A stretch of 64,000 nt of DNA, taken from positions 620,001-684,000 of the forward strand of contig OZ287088.1 in assembly GCA_965645245.1 (NCBI GenBank), given 5' to 3'. Origin of the DNA: Massalongia carnosa (taxonomy: Eukaryota). Positions 25,194 to 36,343 of the stretch are shown piece after piece (position 1 is the stretch's first letter; every line of letters begins with the position of its first letter). The notes below the pieces were generated by a model. It was not told where the DNA came from. It searched no databases and saw only the letters and a list, made by a program, of their open reading frames with translations. A program made the position numbers and the translations under genes.

Positions 25194-26221
25194 TGGCAGG
25201 ACAGCATTCGTTGGCAAATATAGAAAATACTCACAATGTCAAATTTATTCAACACAACTGTGGAAGGTCAACGAATGCAATCATTTCGTGTTTGGAATAT
25301 GCTTTATCAAATCAAATTGATATTGTTTTGTTTCAGGAACCATGGACACGAGATCAAAAAACAATATCACATCCGTCATTTACATGCATTATGCCGAAAA
25401 TAGCAACTTATCGCTCGAGAGTAGCTATATTTGTCACAAAATGCAATCCCAAACTGCAATGCACGCCTAGAACGGATCTTATTGACGATTCCGATATGCA
25501 AATTATTGAAATTACAATTGATGAATTTCGAAAAGTGCAGATTTTCAATATTTATAACGGAAAAAGTCAAAATGATCGAGAAACATACACGATCGATCGA
25601 CTTTTAATCAAATATCTACCTACATCAACTAATCAATTCATCATATGTGGAGATTTCAATGCAAATCATAACTGGTGGAATTCGAAAATTCAAAATGCAA
25701 TTCGATCAGAAAATTTAGTCAAATGGTTGAAAATAAACAAATGTAGTTTGATAAACACACCTGATTTATGCACATTCTACGCCCATTCTGGAAGTTCATC
25801 ATCTGTTATTGATTTAAAATTTGCAAATTCCAAAATCGAAAATGCAATTACAAACTGGGCAATCGATGAAAACGCAGTCACAGGTTCAGATCATGAAGTC
25901 ATCCGATTTGAACTAATCGCATCTTTCAAGAATTTGACGTCACATGCAACCGCATTATCGAATAAATACAATTGTAATAAAGCCGATTGGAATAAATTCG
26001 CGAAGTTTCTAGACGAAAATTCAATCAACTACGAATCAAAAGTTCAAAGTTTATTGAATAATCATCAATTCGACGAATCAGCGATACATTTGCAAAAAAT
26101 TATCAAAAACGCGGCTGAAATGTTTATTCCGAAAACAAAAATATGTGCAAAATCGAAAAATTGGTGGTCGCAAGATTTAACCGAACTTCGAAAAATCATG
26201 TGCAGGCATCGTCGAGAATAG
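25193..26221 (+). CDS. Family A ORF2 N-terminus (APE endonuclease), premature stop
   Basis: Motifs IQHN, FQEPW, FNIYN, GDFNANH, IDL, GSDH. The start overlaps the ORF1 stop (TAATG). Confidence 0.9.
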   Translation: MAGQHSLANIENTHNVKFIQHNCGRSTNAIISCLEYALSNQIDIVLFQEPWTRDQKTISHPSFTCIMPKIATYRSRVAIFVTKCNPKLQCTPRTDLIDDSDMQIIEITIDEFRKVQIFNIYNGKSQNDRETYTIDRLLIKYLPTSTNQFIICGDFNANHNWWNSKIQNAIRSENLVKWLKINKCSLINTPDLCTFYAHSGSSSSVIDLKFANSKIENAITNWAIDENAVTGSDHEVIRFELIASFKNLTSHATALSNKYNCNKADWNKFAKFLDENSINYESKVQSLLNNHQFDESAIHLQKIIKNAAEMFIPKTKICAKSKNWWSQDLTELRKIMCRHRRE

Positions 26222-26602
26222 AAGAATTATCCGTCCGATTTTAGTCATCGGACGTTTAAACATAGTCGAATTGAGTATTTTCATGCAATTCGAAAAGCAA
26301 AACAACAAACCTGGTTGACTTTTCTAGAAAATGCAGCGAATAAAGACGTGTTTACCGCGTATAAATATACTAAACCGCGCATATTCGAAAAAATACCGCC
26401 GATTCTACATGAAAATAAGCTTAATGTTCAGTTTGATGACAAATGCGATGCGTTTGTGTCAGCAATGTACACAAAAAACCCATTTATAGACGATAATGTC
26501 GAAGATTTACCAAATCAAGACAGCGTAAATGATGATAATTGGCCAGATTTGACCGAAAACGAGCTGCAAAATGCGATTAATTTATTTAATCCGAAGAAAG
26601 CA

Positions 26603-29600
26603 TGATCTATATACATTTTTTATTCATTCAGGAAACTCTTCATCTATTATTTATTTAATATTTGCAAATTCTAAAATCGAAAACGCAATTACAAATTGGT
26701 CAATCGATGAAAACGCAGTCACGGGTTCATTTCATGAAGTTATTCGATTTGAACTTAACGCGTCTTTCAAGCTTGACGTCACACGCAACCGCATTTATCG
26801 AATAAATACAACTGCAATAAAGCCGATTGGGATAAATTCGCAAAGTTTCTAGACGAAAATACAATAAACTACGAGTCTCAAATACAAAGTCTATTGAACA
26901 ATTATCAATTTGACGAATCAGCGTTATATTTTTAAAACGTTATCAAAAACGCGGCTGAAATGTTTATTCCGAATACAAAAATATGCGCAAAATCGAAAAA
27001 TTGGTGGTCGCAAGATTTAACCGGACTTCGAGAAATCATGTGTAGACATCGTCGAGAAAGGAAGAATAATCCGTCCTATTTTAGTCATCAAACATTTAGA
27101 CATAGTCGAATCGAGTACTTTCATGCAGTTCGAAAAGCGAAACAGCAAACTTGATTGGTTTTACTCGAAAACGCAGCAAATAAAGACGTATTTACAGCTT
27201 ATAAATACACTAAACCGCGCATGTTCGAAAAAATACTACCTATTCAATATGAAAATAAGTTAAATGTTCAATTCGATCACAAATACGATGCGTTTGTGTC
27301 AGCAATGTACACAAAAAACCCGTTCGCGGACGATAATATTGAAAATTTATCGAATCAAGACAGAGAAAATGACAACAATTGGGCGAATTTAACCGAAAAT
27401 GAATGCAAAATGCGATTAGTTTGTTTAATCCAAAGAAATCATGTGGGCCTGATGCAATCAATTTCACAATAATTCAAAAATCGTTTCAACCATTGAAAAA
27501 CGTGTTTTTTACTATTTATTCTAAATTTATACAAATCGGTTATTACCCGTTATGCTGGCGAACAGGACTCGGTGCAGTTTTAAAAAAACCTAATAAACCA
27601 GAGTACTCGCTGCCAAAATCATATCGAATTATTACCTTACTGAATTGTCTTTGTAAAATTGCGGAGAAAATAGTTGCTAATCGACTTGCCTACCTCGGCG
27701 AAAATTCGAGCTTGTTAGATACCGAACAAATGGGCGGACACAAAAATCATTCTGCAATCGATGCGGTAACGAACGTCGTTCATGATATCGAAATCGCAAA
27801 CCGAAACAAAAACGTTTTATCGTGTCTATTACTCGATGTCAAAGGAGCATTTGACTTTGTTTCGATTAATCAATTGCTAAATATCATGAAAAAGCGGCAT
27901 TTATCTCGCATAGTTATTCAATGGGTCAAGTATTTTATGACAAAACGATCGATCAATTTGATATTCTATAAACACAAAAGCAAAACGTACTATATCGAAT
28001 CTGGAATTCCACAAGTTTCACCCATTTCGCCAATTCTATTTCTGATTTATATTCGTTACTTATTTCCGAAAATACGAATAAAATTCAATGCTCATTTACC
28101 TAGCTTTATAGACGATGTTGCAATATATATCGAAAATAAAACTGCCAAACAGAATTGCAAACGAAAATTCAATCAACTACGAATCAAAAGTTCAAAGTTT
28201 ATTGAATAATCATCAATTCGACGAATCAGCGATACATTTGCAAAAAATTATCAAAAACGCGGCTGAAATGTTTATTCCGAAAACAAAAATATGTGCAAAA
28301 TCGAAAAATTGGTGGTCGCAAGATTTAACCGAACTTCGAAAAATCATGTGCAGGCATCGTCGAGAATGGAAGAATTATCCGTCCGATTTTAGTCATCGGA
28401 CGTTTAAACATAGTCGAATTGAGTATTTTCATGCAATTCGAAAAGCAAAACAACAAACCTGGTTGACTTTTCTAGAAAATGCAGCGAATAAAGACGTGTT
28501 TACCGCGTATAAATATACTAAACCGCGCATATTCGAAAAAATACCGCCGATTCTACATGAAAATAAGCTTAATGTTCAGTTTGATGACAAATGCGATGCG
28601 TTTGTGTCAGCAATGTACACAAAAAACCCATTTATAGACGATAATGTCGAAGATTTACCAAATCAAGACAGCGAAAATGATGATAATTGGCCAGATTTGA
28701 CCGAAAACGAGCTGCAAAATGCGATTAATTTATTTAATCCGAAGAAAGCATGTGGACCTGATGCAATCAATTTTACAATTGTTCAAAAATCGTTTCAATC
28801 GTTGAAAAACGTGTTTTTCATGATTTATTCGAAATTCATTCGAATCGGTTATCACCCGTTATGCTGGCGGACAGGACTCGGTGCAGTTCTGAAAAAACCT
28901 AATAAATCAGACTATTCGCTACCAAAATCATATCGAATTATCACATTACTAAATTGTCTTGGTAAAATTGCTGAGAAAATCGTTGCAAATCGACTAGCCT
29001 ACTTCGGCGAAAATTCGAATTTACTAGATATCAAACAGATGGGCGGACACAAAAATCATTCTGCAATTGACGCAGTAATGAACGTCGTTCATGATATCGA
29101 AATTGCGAATCGAAATAAAAGCGTTTTATCATGTTTATTACTCGATGTCAAAGGCGCATTTGACTTTGTCTCGATTAATCAACTGCTAAATGTCATGAAA
29201 AAGCTGAAATTATCTCGCATAATAATTCAATGGGTCAAGCATTTCATGACAAAACGATCGATCAATTTGATATTCGATGAAAACAAAAGCAAAACATATT
29301 ATGTCGAATCAGGAATTCCACAAGGTTCACCAATCTCGCCTATTCTATTTCTGATTTACATTCGTCACTTTTTTCCGAAAATACGAATGAAATTTAATGC
29401 ACATTCTCCCAGTTTTATTGACGATGTTGCAATATATGTCGAAAATAAAACTGCAAAAAAAAATTGCAAAGAAATCGAAATCATAGTCAAAACAGCTTTT
29501 GATTGGGCCGCATCGAATAATGTCAAATTCGATGACGATAAATCCGAGCTGATTCACTTCGAAAAGACAAGAAATGTATCGAAAGACACATTGGAATTAC

Positions 29601-31580
29601 CAAACGGGACAGTACTAGAACCGAAAAATGTAGTCAAATGGTTGGGCGTCTGGTTAGACCGGAAACTGAATTTCAAAAAATACGTCGAAACGCGAATCTC
29701 TTCTGCGAATCGATCGTTTTTTGCAATTCAGAATTTGATGAAATCCGAATGGGGTCTGAAACCGACCGCATGCAGACAGCTCTATTTGTCATGCATTATT
29801 CCTATTTCGGACTATGGCTCAGAAATTTGGTATAATGGTCAAAAGAAATATGAAAAACTATTTCAGAACCTACAAAATCGAATGATTCGAAAGATTTTAG
29901 TAACTTTCAAAACCACACCTATTCAGGCGATGGAAATTGAATCACATGTTTTACCAGTTAAACTTCGATTATTAATGAAAAATCAAAAATACGCAATTCG
30001 ATTATTGAAGATTGCCGAAAATAACCCTATTTGTCAAAGAATTCCAAATACATATTCGATAAAATTCGAAAACATCGGTTTTGACACTAGTTTATGGAAC
30101 AACAAATATGCCGAATGGAACGAAGACGAAAAACAAACAAATAAACGACATCCTAGTCAGCTCATTCGCGTTCTTCATTCCGTTTCCGACATAGTTCACA
30201 AAACTGATGAGTTTGAACAATCAAATCATTTTATTAAACCTTGGAAATCGCCGTGCAAAATCGAATTTCAAATCGAAAATACAAAGGAATCTGCTAAATC
30301 AAGTTATTATTCGACCTTATCCAAAATTCAATCAATGAACTCCGATAAATCCCGAGTTTTACTTTATACGGATGGATCAAAAATCGAATTTGCAACGTCT
30401 GCAGTCACATTTGCGCCAATTATGAGGAATTGGAGTAGTATTATCAATAATTTTGATCGATTTATCGAAAAAGATTGTCTGATCAAGTATCATACGATTT
30501 CGAAAAGCTGGAAATTAAGCAAACAGTCAAGCATTAAAAATGCTGAACTGCATGCAATTTTACAAGCAATGAAATGGGTCTATAAATTGTCTAATACTAA
30601 TATTTTATCGAACTTGGAAAAAACGATTTGGATTTTTTCTGATAGTATAAACGCGATAAACGAAATTCAGAACCTGAAAAATCATATTTTTGCAAGACAA
30701 ATTCGAGAGCTCGCAAAACGCTTATTTGAAAGCAATTATCAGGTGATTTTGCAATGGGTTCCGAGTCATTCGAATATTACCGAAAACGAAATTGCAGACA
30801 AAATAGCAAAGACGGGCCATAATCAAATCCTAGTCGAGTCCTCGGCTATAACATTTGATTATGTAAAAGATCAAATAAATCAAAATATGCTAACCACATG
30901 GACGAATCAATGGCAACAATGCAAATCAAAAGGCAAATACTACGAGAAATTCGAAATGAAACCTGGCATATCGAGATTTTATTATTTATCAAACAACTGT
31001 TCCAAATTGATATTTGCTACTATTATGCAATTAAAATTCGGACACGGCTATTTTCGATCATATTTACATCGATTGAAAGATTATAATTCGTCAAAATGCT
31101 CAAATCGATGCAATCAACGAAAAACGCCAGAACACTTGTTATTGAATTGCATTCACTATTTCGATGAAATTCAAAACATGAAACAAACCATCGATACTAC
31201 GATCAACTTGAATATGTTGTTTGATACAAAAATCGGAAATGACATTTTGATTAAATTCATTGTCAATAACAAAATCGCGACTAGAAAATGGATACTAGGT
31301 CAGCTTGATGACGATATTTTCGAAACTGGAGGTTGGGGAGAGATCGAACAGTAAAATCAGAAACGATTTATGCTGAAACAGTTACGAACTTACAAAGATA
31401 AATTGTAAAATCGATAATTTTCGATTACTATAGGTTGTTACTAACACGGAGTAAAAATGGGGAAAAATTGACAATACATAGATGGGTTATAAAGGGTTGA
31501 TTTATTCGTAATATAGAAACATATCCTAAAATAGTTTAGTGTCATAACCTTAGGTTGAATACACTTAATGAATAAATAAA
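26603..31580. repeat. Left arm of a ~5 kb near-perfect inverted duplication (partner 39157-44134)
   Basis: Paired ORF coordinates sum to 70737 (28115/42622, 31354/39383, 27403/43334, 26852/43885). Translations are identical except one D/N. Confidence 0.95.
28115..31354 (+). CDS. Uninterrupted RT-RNase H-CCHC ORF (1079 aa) of a 5'-truncated family A copy, lacking the endonuclease
   Basis: Motifs SYRIITLL, LLDVKGAFD, GIPQGSPISP, FIDD, YTDGS and C-terminal CSNRC…HLLLNC. The first ~16 codons come from the host B copy. Confidence 0.93.
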   Translation: MLQYISKIKLPNRIANENSINYESKVQSLLNNHQFDESAIHLQKIIKNAAEMFIPKTKICAKSKNWWSQDLTELRKIMCRHRREWKNYPSDFSHRTFKHSRIEYFHAIRKAKQQTWLTFLENAANKDVFTAYKYTKPRIFEKIPPILHENKLNVQFDDKCDAFVSAMYTKNPFIDDNVEDLPNQDSENDDNWPDLTENELQNAINLFNPKKACGPDAINFTIVQKSFQSLKNVFFMIYSKFIRIGYHPLCWRTGLGAVLKKPNKSDYSLPKSYRIITLLNCLGKIAEKIVANRLAYFGENSNLLDIKQMGGHKNHSAIDAVMNVVHDIEIANRNKSVLSCLLLDVKGAFDFVSINQLLNVMKKLKLSRIIIQWVKHFMTKRSINLIFDENKSKTYYVESGIPQGSPISPILFLIYIRHFFPKIRMKFNAHSPSFIDDVAIYVENKTAKKNCKEIEIIVKTAFDWAASNNVKFDDDKSELIHFEKTRNVSKDTLELPNGTVLEPKNVVKWLGVWLDRKLNFKKYVETRISSANRSFFAIQNLMKSEWGLKPTACRQLYLSCIIPISDYGSEIWYNGQKKYEKLFQNLQNRMIRKILVTFKTTPIQAMEIESHVLPVKLRLLMKNQKYAIRLLKIAENNPICQRIPNTYSIKFENIGFDTSLWNNKYAEWNEDEKQTNKRHPSQLIRVLHSVSDIVHKTDEFEQSNHFIKPWKSPCKIEFQIENTKESAKSSYYSTLSKIQSMNSDKSRVLLYTDGSKIEFATSAVTFAPIMRNWSSIINNFDRFIEKDCLIKYHTISKSWKLSKQSSIKNAELHAILQAMKWVYKLSNTNILSNLEKTIWIFSDSINAINEIQNLKNHIFARQIRELAKRLFESNYQVILQWVPSHSNITENEIADKIAKTGHNQILVESSAITFDYVKDQINQNMLTTWTNQWQQCKSKGKYYEKFEMKPGISRFYYLSNNCSKLIFATIMQLKFGHGYFRSYLHRLKDYNSSKCSNRCNQRKTPEHLLLNCIHYFDEIQNMKQTIDTTINLNMLFDTKIGNDILIKFIVNNKIATRKWILGQLDDDIFETGGWGEIEQ

Positions 31581-33727
31581 AAATAAAAAAATAAAAAAAA
31601 ACAGAATTGCAAAGAATGGAATGTATCGTCAATACAGCTTTTGATTGGGCCGCAACGAATAATGTCAAATTTGATTACGACAAATCTGAGATGATTTACT
31701 TCGAAAAGTCAAGGAATACATCAAAAGACGAAGTGCAATTACCAAACGGGACAATACTAGAACCGAAAAATTTTGTCAAATGGTTAGGAGTCTGGTTAGA
31801 CCGAAAACTAAATTACAAAAAACACGTCGAAACGCGAATTGCTTCTGCAAATTGATCGTTTTTCGCAATACAGAATTTGATAAAGTCTGAACGGGGACTA
31901 GAGCCAACTGCATGCATACAGCTCTATTTGTCATGCATTATTCCTATTTCGGACTATGGCTCAGAAATCTGGTATAATAGTCAAATGAAATATGAAAAGC
32001 TATTTCTTCAGAATATGCAAAATCGAATGATTCGAAAGATTTTAGGCACATTCAAAACCACTTCTGTTCAGGCGATGGAAATTGAATCGCATATTTTACC
32101 AGCCAAGCTACGATTGTTGATGAAAAATTAAAAATACGCAATTCGATTATTGAAGATTGCCGAAAATAATCCTATTTGTCAAAGAATTCCCAGTACCTAT
32201 TCGGTGAAATTCGAAATCATCGGTTTTGACACTAGTTTATGGAACAACAGATATGCTAAATGGAACGAAGACGAGAAAAAATCGAGTAAACCTCATCCTA
32301 GTCAGCTTATCCGTATTCTTCATTCCGTTTCGGATATAGTTCATAAAACTGATGAATTCGAATCAGTAAATAATTTCATCAAACCTTGGAAGCCGTCTTG
32401 TAAAATCAAGATCCAAATTGAAAGATCAAAAGAAACAGCAAAGTCAAGTTATTATTCGACTTTATCAAAAATTCAATCAATAAACGCCGATAAATCGCGA
32501 GTGTTACTCTATACCGATGGATCAAAAACCGAGTATTCAACTTCCGCTGTCACATTTGCACCAATTATGCGAAATTGGAACAGTTTCACCGATAACTTCA
32601 CTCGTTTTATCGAAAAAGATTGTCTCCTCAAACATCATACAATTTCGAAAAGCTGGAAATTAAACAAACAGTCAAGCGTTAAAAACGCTGAACTGTATGC
32701 GATACTACAAGCAATAAAATGGGCATACAAATTGACAATTGCGAATATTCTCTCCTAAAAAACGATTTGGATTTTTTCCGATGGCATAGACGCAATAAAC
32801 GAAATTCAGAACTTTAAAAATCATACTTACGCAAAACAAATTCGACAATTCTCGAAATGCTTATTCGGAAACAATTATCGGGTGGTTCTACAATGGATTC
32901 CTAGTCATTCGAAAATCGTCGAAAATGAAATTGCTGATAAAGCAGCAAAAGCGGGACATAGTCGAATCCTAGTCGAGTCTTCGATAATAACATTTGATTA
33001 TGTAAAGTGTCAAATAAATCGAAATATGTTAGCCAAATGGGCGAATCAATGGCAACAATGCAAGTCAAAAGGCAAATACTATGAGAAATTCGAAATGCAG
33101 CCGGGCAAATCGAGTTTTTATTATCTGTCGGATAATTGTTCGAAATTGATATTTTCGACTATTATGCAAATGAAATTCGGATACGGTTATTTTCGATCAT
33201 ATCTGCACCGATTGAAAGATTATAATACGTCAAAATGCACAGGGCGCTGCAACGAACATCAAACGCCAGAACACTTATTGATGAATTGCATATATTATTC
33301 AAATTAAATCCTAAACATTAAACAAAATATCGATACCACAATTACTTTAAAAATGTTGTTTAATACTAGGATCGGAAATAATATTTTGATTAAATTTATT
33401 GTTGATAACAAAATCGCGACTAGAATATGGATGCTAGGTCAGCTCGATGACGAAAATATGGAAACGGGAGGTTGGGGAGATATGGAACAGTAAAATTAGA
33501 AATGATTTATGCTGGAATATTCACGAGCTTTACAAAAACAAATTGTAAAATCGATATTTCGATTACTAAAGGTTGTTACTAACACGGAGTAAAAATGGGG
33601 CAATATTGACGATACATAGTTGGGTTATAAAGGGTTGATTTATTTGTAAAATAAATACATATCTTAAAATAGTTTATTGTCATAACCTTAGGTTGAATAC
33701 ACTTAATGAATAAATAAAAAAAAATTA

Positions 33728-35393
33728 TTAAATTCGATTTTGAATGACGATTTCCAAGGTTTAATGAAATGATTCAATTGTTCAAATTCATCGGTTTTGT
33801 GAACTATGTCAGAAACGGAATAAAGAACGCGAATAAGCTGACTATGGTGTCGTTTATTTGTCTGTTTTTCATCTTCGTTCCATTCGGCATATTTGTTGTT
33901 CCATAAGCTAGTGTAAAAACCGATGTTTTCATATTTTATCGAATATGTGTTTGGAATTCTTTGACAAATGGGATTATTTTCGGCAATCTTCAATAATCGA
34001 ATTGCGTATTTTTGATTTTTCATTAATAATCGAAGTTTGACTGGTAAAACATGTGATTCAATTTCCATCGACTGAACAGGTGTGGTTTTGAAAGTTCCTA
34101 AAATTTTCCGAATCATTCGACTTTGCAAATTCTGAAATAGTTTTTCATATTTCTTTTGACCATTATATCAAATTTCTAAGCCGTAGTCCGAAATAGGAAC
34201 AATGCATGACAAATAGAGCTGTCTGCATGCGGTCGGTTTCAGACCCCTTTCGGATTTCATCAAATTCTGAATTGCAAAAAATGATCGATTCGCAGAAGAG
34301 ATTCTCGTTTCGACGTGTTTTTTGAAATTTAGTTTTGGGTCTAGCCAGACGACCAACCATTTGACTACATATTTCGGTTCTAGTATTGTCCCGTTTGGTA
34401 ATCCTAATGTGTCTTTCGATACATTTCTTGTCTTTTCGAAGTGAATCAGCTCGGATTAATCGTCATCAAAATTGACATTATTCGATGCGGCACAATCAAA
34501 AGCTGTTTTGATTATGATATCGATTTCATTGCAATATTGTTTTGCAGTTTTATTTTCTACATATATTGCAACATCGTCAATAAAACTGCGAGAATGTGCA
34601 TAAAATTTCACTCGTATTTTCGGAAACAAGTGACGAATGTGAATCAGAAATAGTATAGGCGAGATTGGTGAACCTTTTGGAATTCCTGATTCGACATAAT
34701 ATGTTTTGCTTTTGTTTTCATCGAATATCAAATTGATCGATCGTTTTGTGAGGAAATGCTTAACCCATTGAATTATTATGCGAGATAATTTCAGCTTTTT
34801 CATGACATTTAGCAGTTGATTAATCGAGACAAAGTCAAATGCGCCTTTGATATGGAGTAATAAACAGGATAAAACGTTTTTATTTCGATTCGCAATTTCG
34901 ATATCATGAACGAGGTTCATTACTGCGTCAATTGCAGAATAATTTTTGCGTCCGCCTATCTGTTCGATATCTAGTAAATTCGAATTTCGCCGAAGTAGGC
35001 TAGTCGATTTGCAACGATTTTCTCAGCAATTTTACCAAGACAATTTAGTAATGTGATAATTCGATATGATTTTGGTAGCGAAAAGTCTGATTTATTAGGT
35101 TTTTTTAGAACTGCACCGAGTCCTGTCCGCCAGCATAACGGGTGATAACTGATTCGAATGAATTTCGAATAAATCATTAAAAACACGTTTTTCAACGATT
35201 GAAACGATTTTTGAACAATTGTAAAATTGATTGCATCAGGTCCACATGCTTTCTTCGGATTAAATAAATTTATCGCATTTTGCAGCTCGTTTTCTGTCAA
35301 ATCTGGCCAATTATCATCATTTTCGCCGTCTTGATTTGGTAAATGTTCCACATTATCGTCTATAAATGGGTTTTTATTGTACATTGCTGACAC
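33728..35393 (-). mobile_element. Family A internal RT fragment, probably the continuation of 9710-12685
   Basis: ORFs 34971-35393, 34456-34920 and 33703-34128 match family A ORF2. Confidence 0.88.
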
Positions 35394-36343
35394 ACGGAAT
35401 AAATATCTCGTTATTCGATAATAACATGCAATATTTGCAAACCGAAATCGAAAAATACAATTCGAATATGCAACTATGCGATTACCAAGATAGCTTGCTC
35501 GGGATCGTCAAAACAAAGTCACGTCGTCGGTAGTTTTGACTTTCAATAATCATAATCAAGCGTCAAACGCGTTAAGAGGCGTGAATATCGCGGGTAGACA
35601 TTGTGACACGGAAATATTTGCTTCCGTTCGTCCAAACACGCAATGTATTAATTGTCAGAAATTTGGACATAAGCATTATCAATGCAAAAGTCCGGCAAAA
35701 TGCAATATATGCGCACAAAGTCATGAAACGCATAATCATGAATGCACAACATGCAAGTCTAAAATCGCATGCGCATATGCAATTCTGAAATGCGTCAATT
35801 GCAACAAAAATCAACAATCGAACGATATAGGTTGCGAAATGTTTATCTCGCTGAATCCTAGAAAATCGAATGACGAATTAATGCTTGGTTAATTGCGGGA
35901 CAACATTCGTTGACAAATATCGAAAATACACAAAATGTCAAATTTATTCAACATAATTGTCCAAAGTCAACGAATGCAATGATTTCATGTCTAGAATATG
36001 CAGTATTAAATCTTATTGATATTGTTTTATTTCAGGAACCATAGACGCGAGATCAAAAAACAATTTCCCATCCGTCATTTACATGTATTATGCCGAAAAT
36101 AGCGAATTATCGGCCGAGAGTAGCTATATTTGTTACAAAATGCAGTCCAAAATTACAATGAACGCCTAGAACGGATCTTATAAACGTTACTGATATGTTA
36201 ATTATCGAAATTACAATTGATGAAGTTCGAAAAGTGCAGATCTTAAAACTTTACAATGAAAAAAGTCTAAACGATCGAGAAACATATACAATCGATCGAC
36301 TTTCAGTTAAATATCAACCTATATCAACTGATCAATTTGTCAT

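Larger units (their letters stand above)
15906..26602 (+). mobile_element. Family A element from its 5' end, interrupted by the B insertion 17135-23916
   Basis: Leader 15906-16822, ORF1 16823-17134 plus 23931-25193, ORF2 from 25193. Confidence 0.93.
26603..33724 (+). mobile_element. Family B copy interrupted by family A insertion 28162-31598
   Basis: TSD aaacagaattgcaaa at 28147-28161 and 31599-31613. B ORF2 resumes after the A tail and ends in its own tail at ~33724. Confidence 0.92.

Noticed and set aside
29345..29557. Recurrent antisense and alternative-frame ORFs within A/B (for example MNQLGF…, MTFSVIN…)
   Set aside because: They are shadows of the repeated ORF1/ORF2 and recur only because the element is repeated.
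31483..31500. gggtta/taaccc motifs as telomeric repeats
   Set aside because: Isolated motifs in LINE UTRs and MITEs. There is no tandem TTAGGG array in the window.
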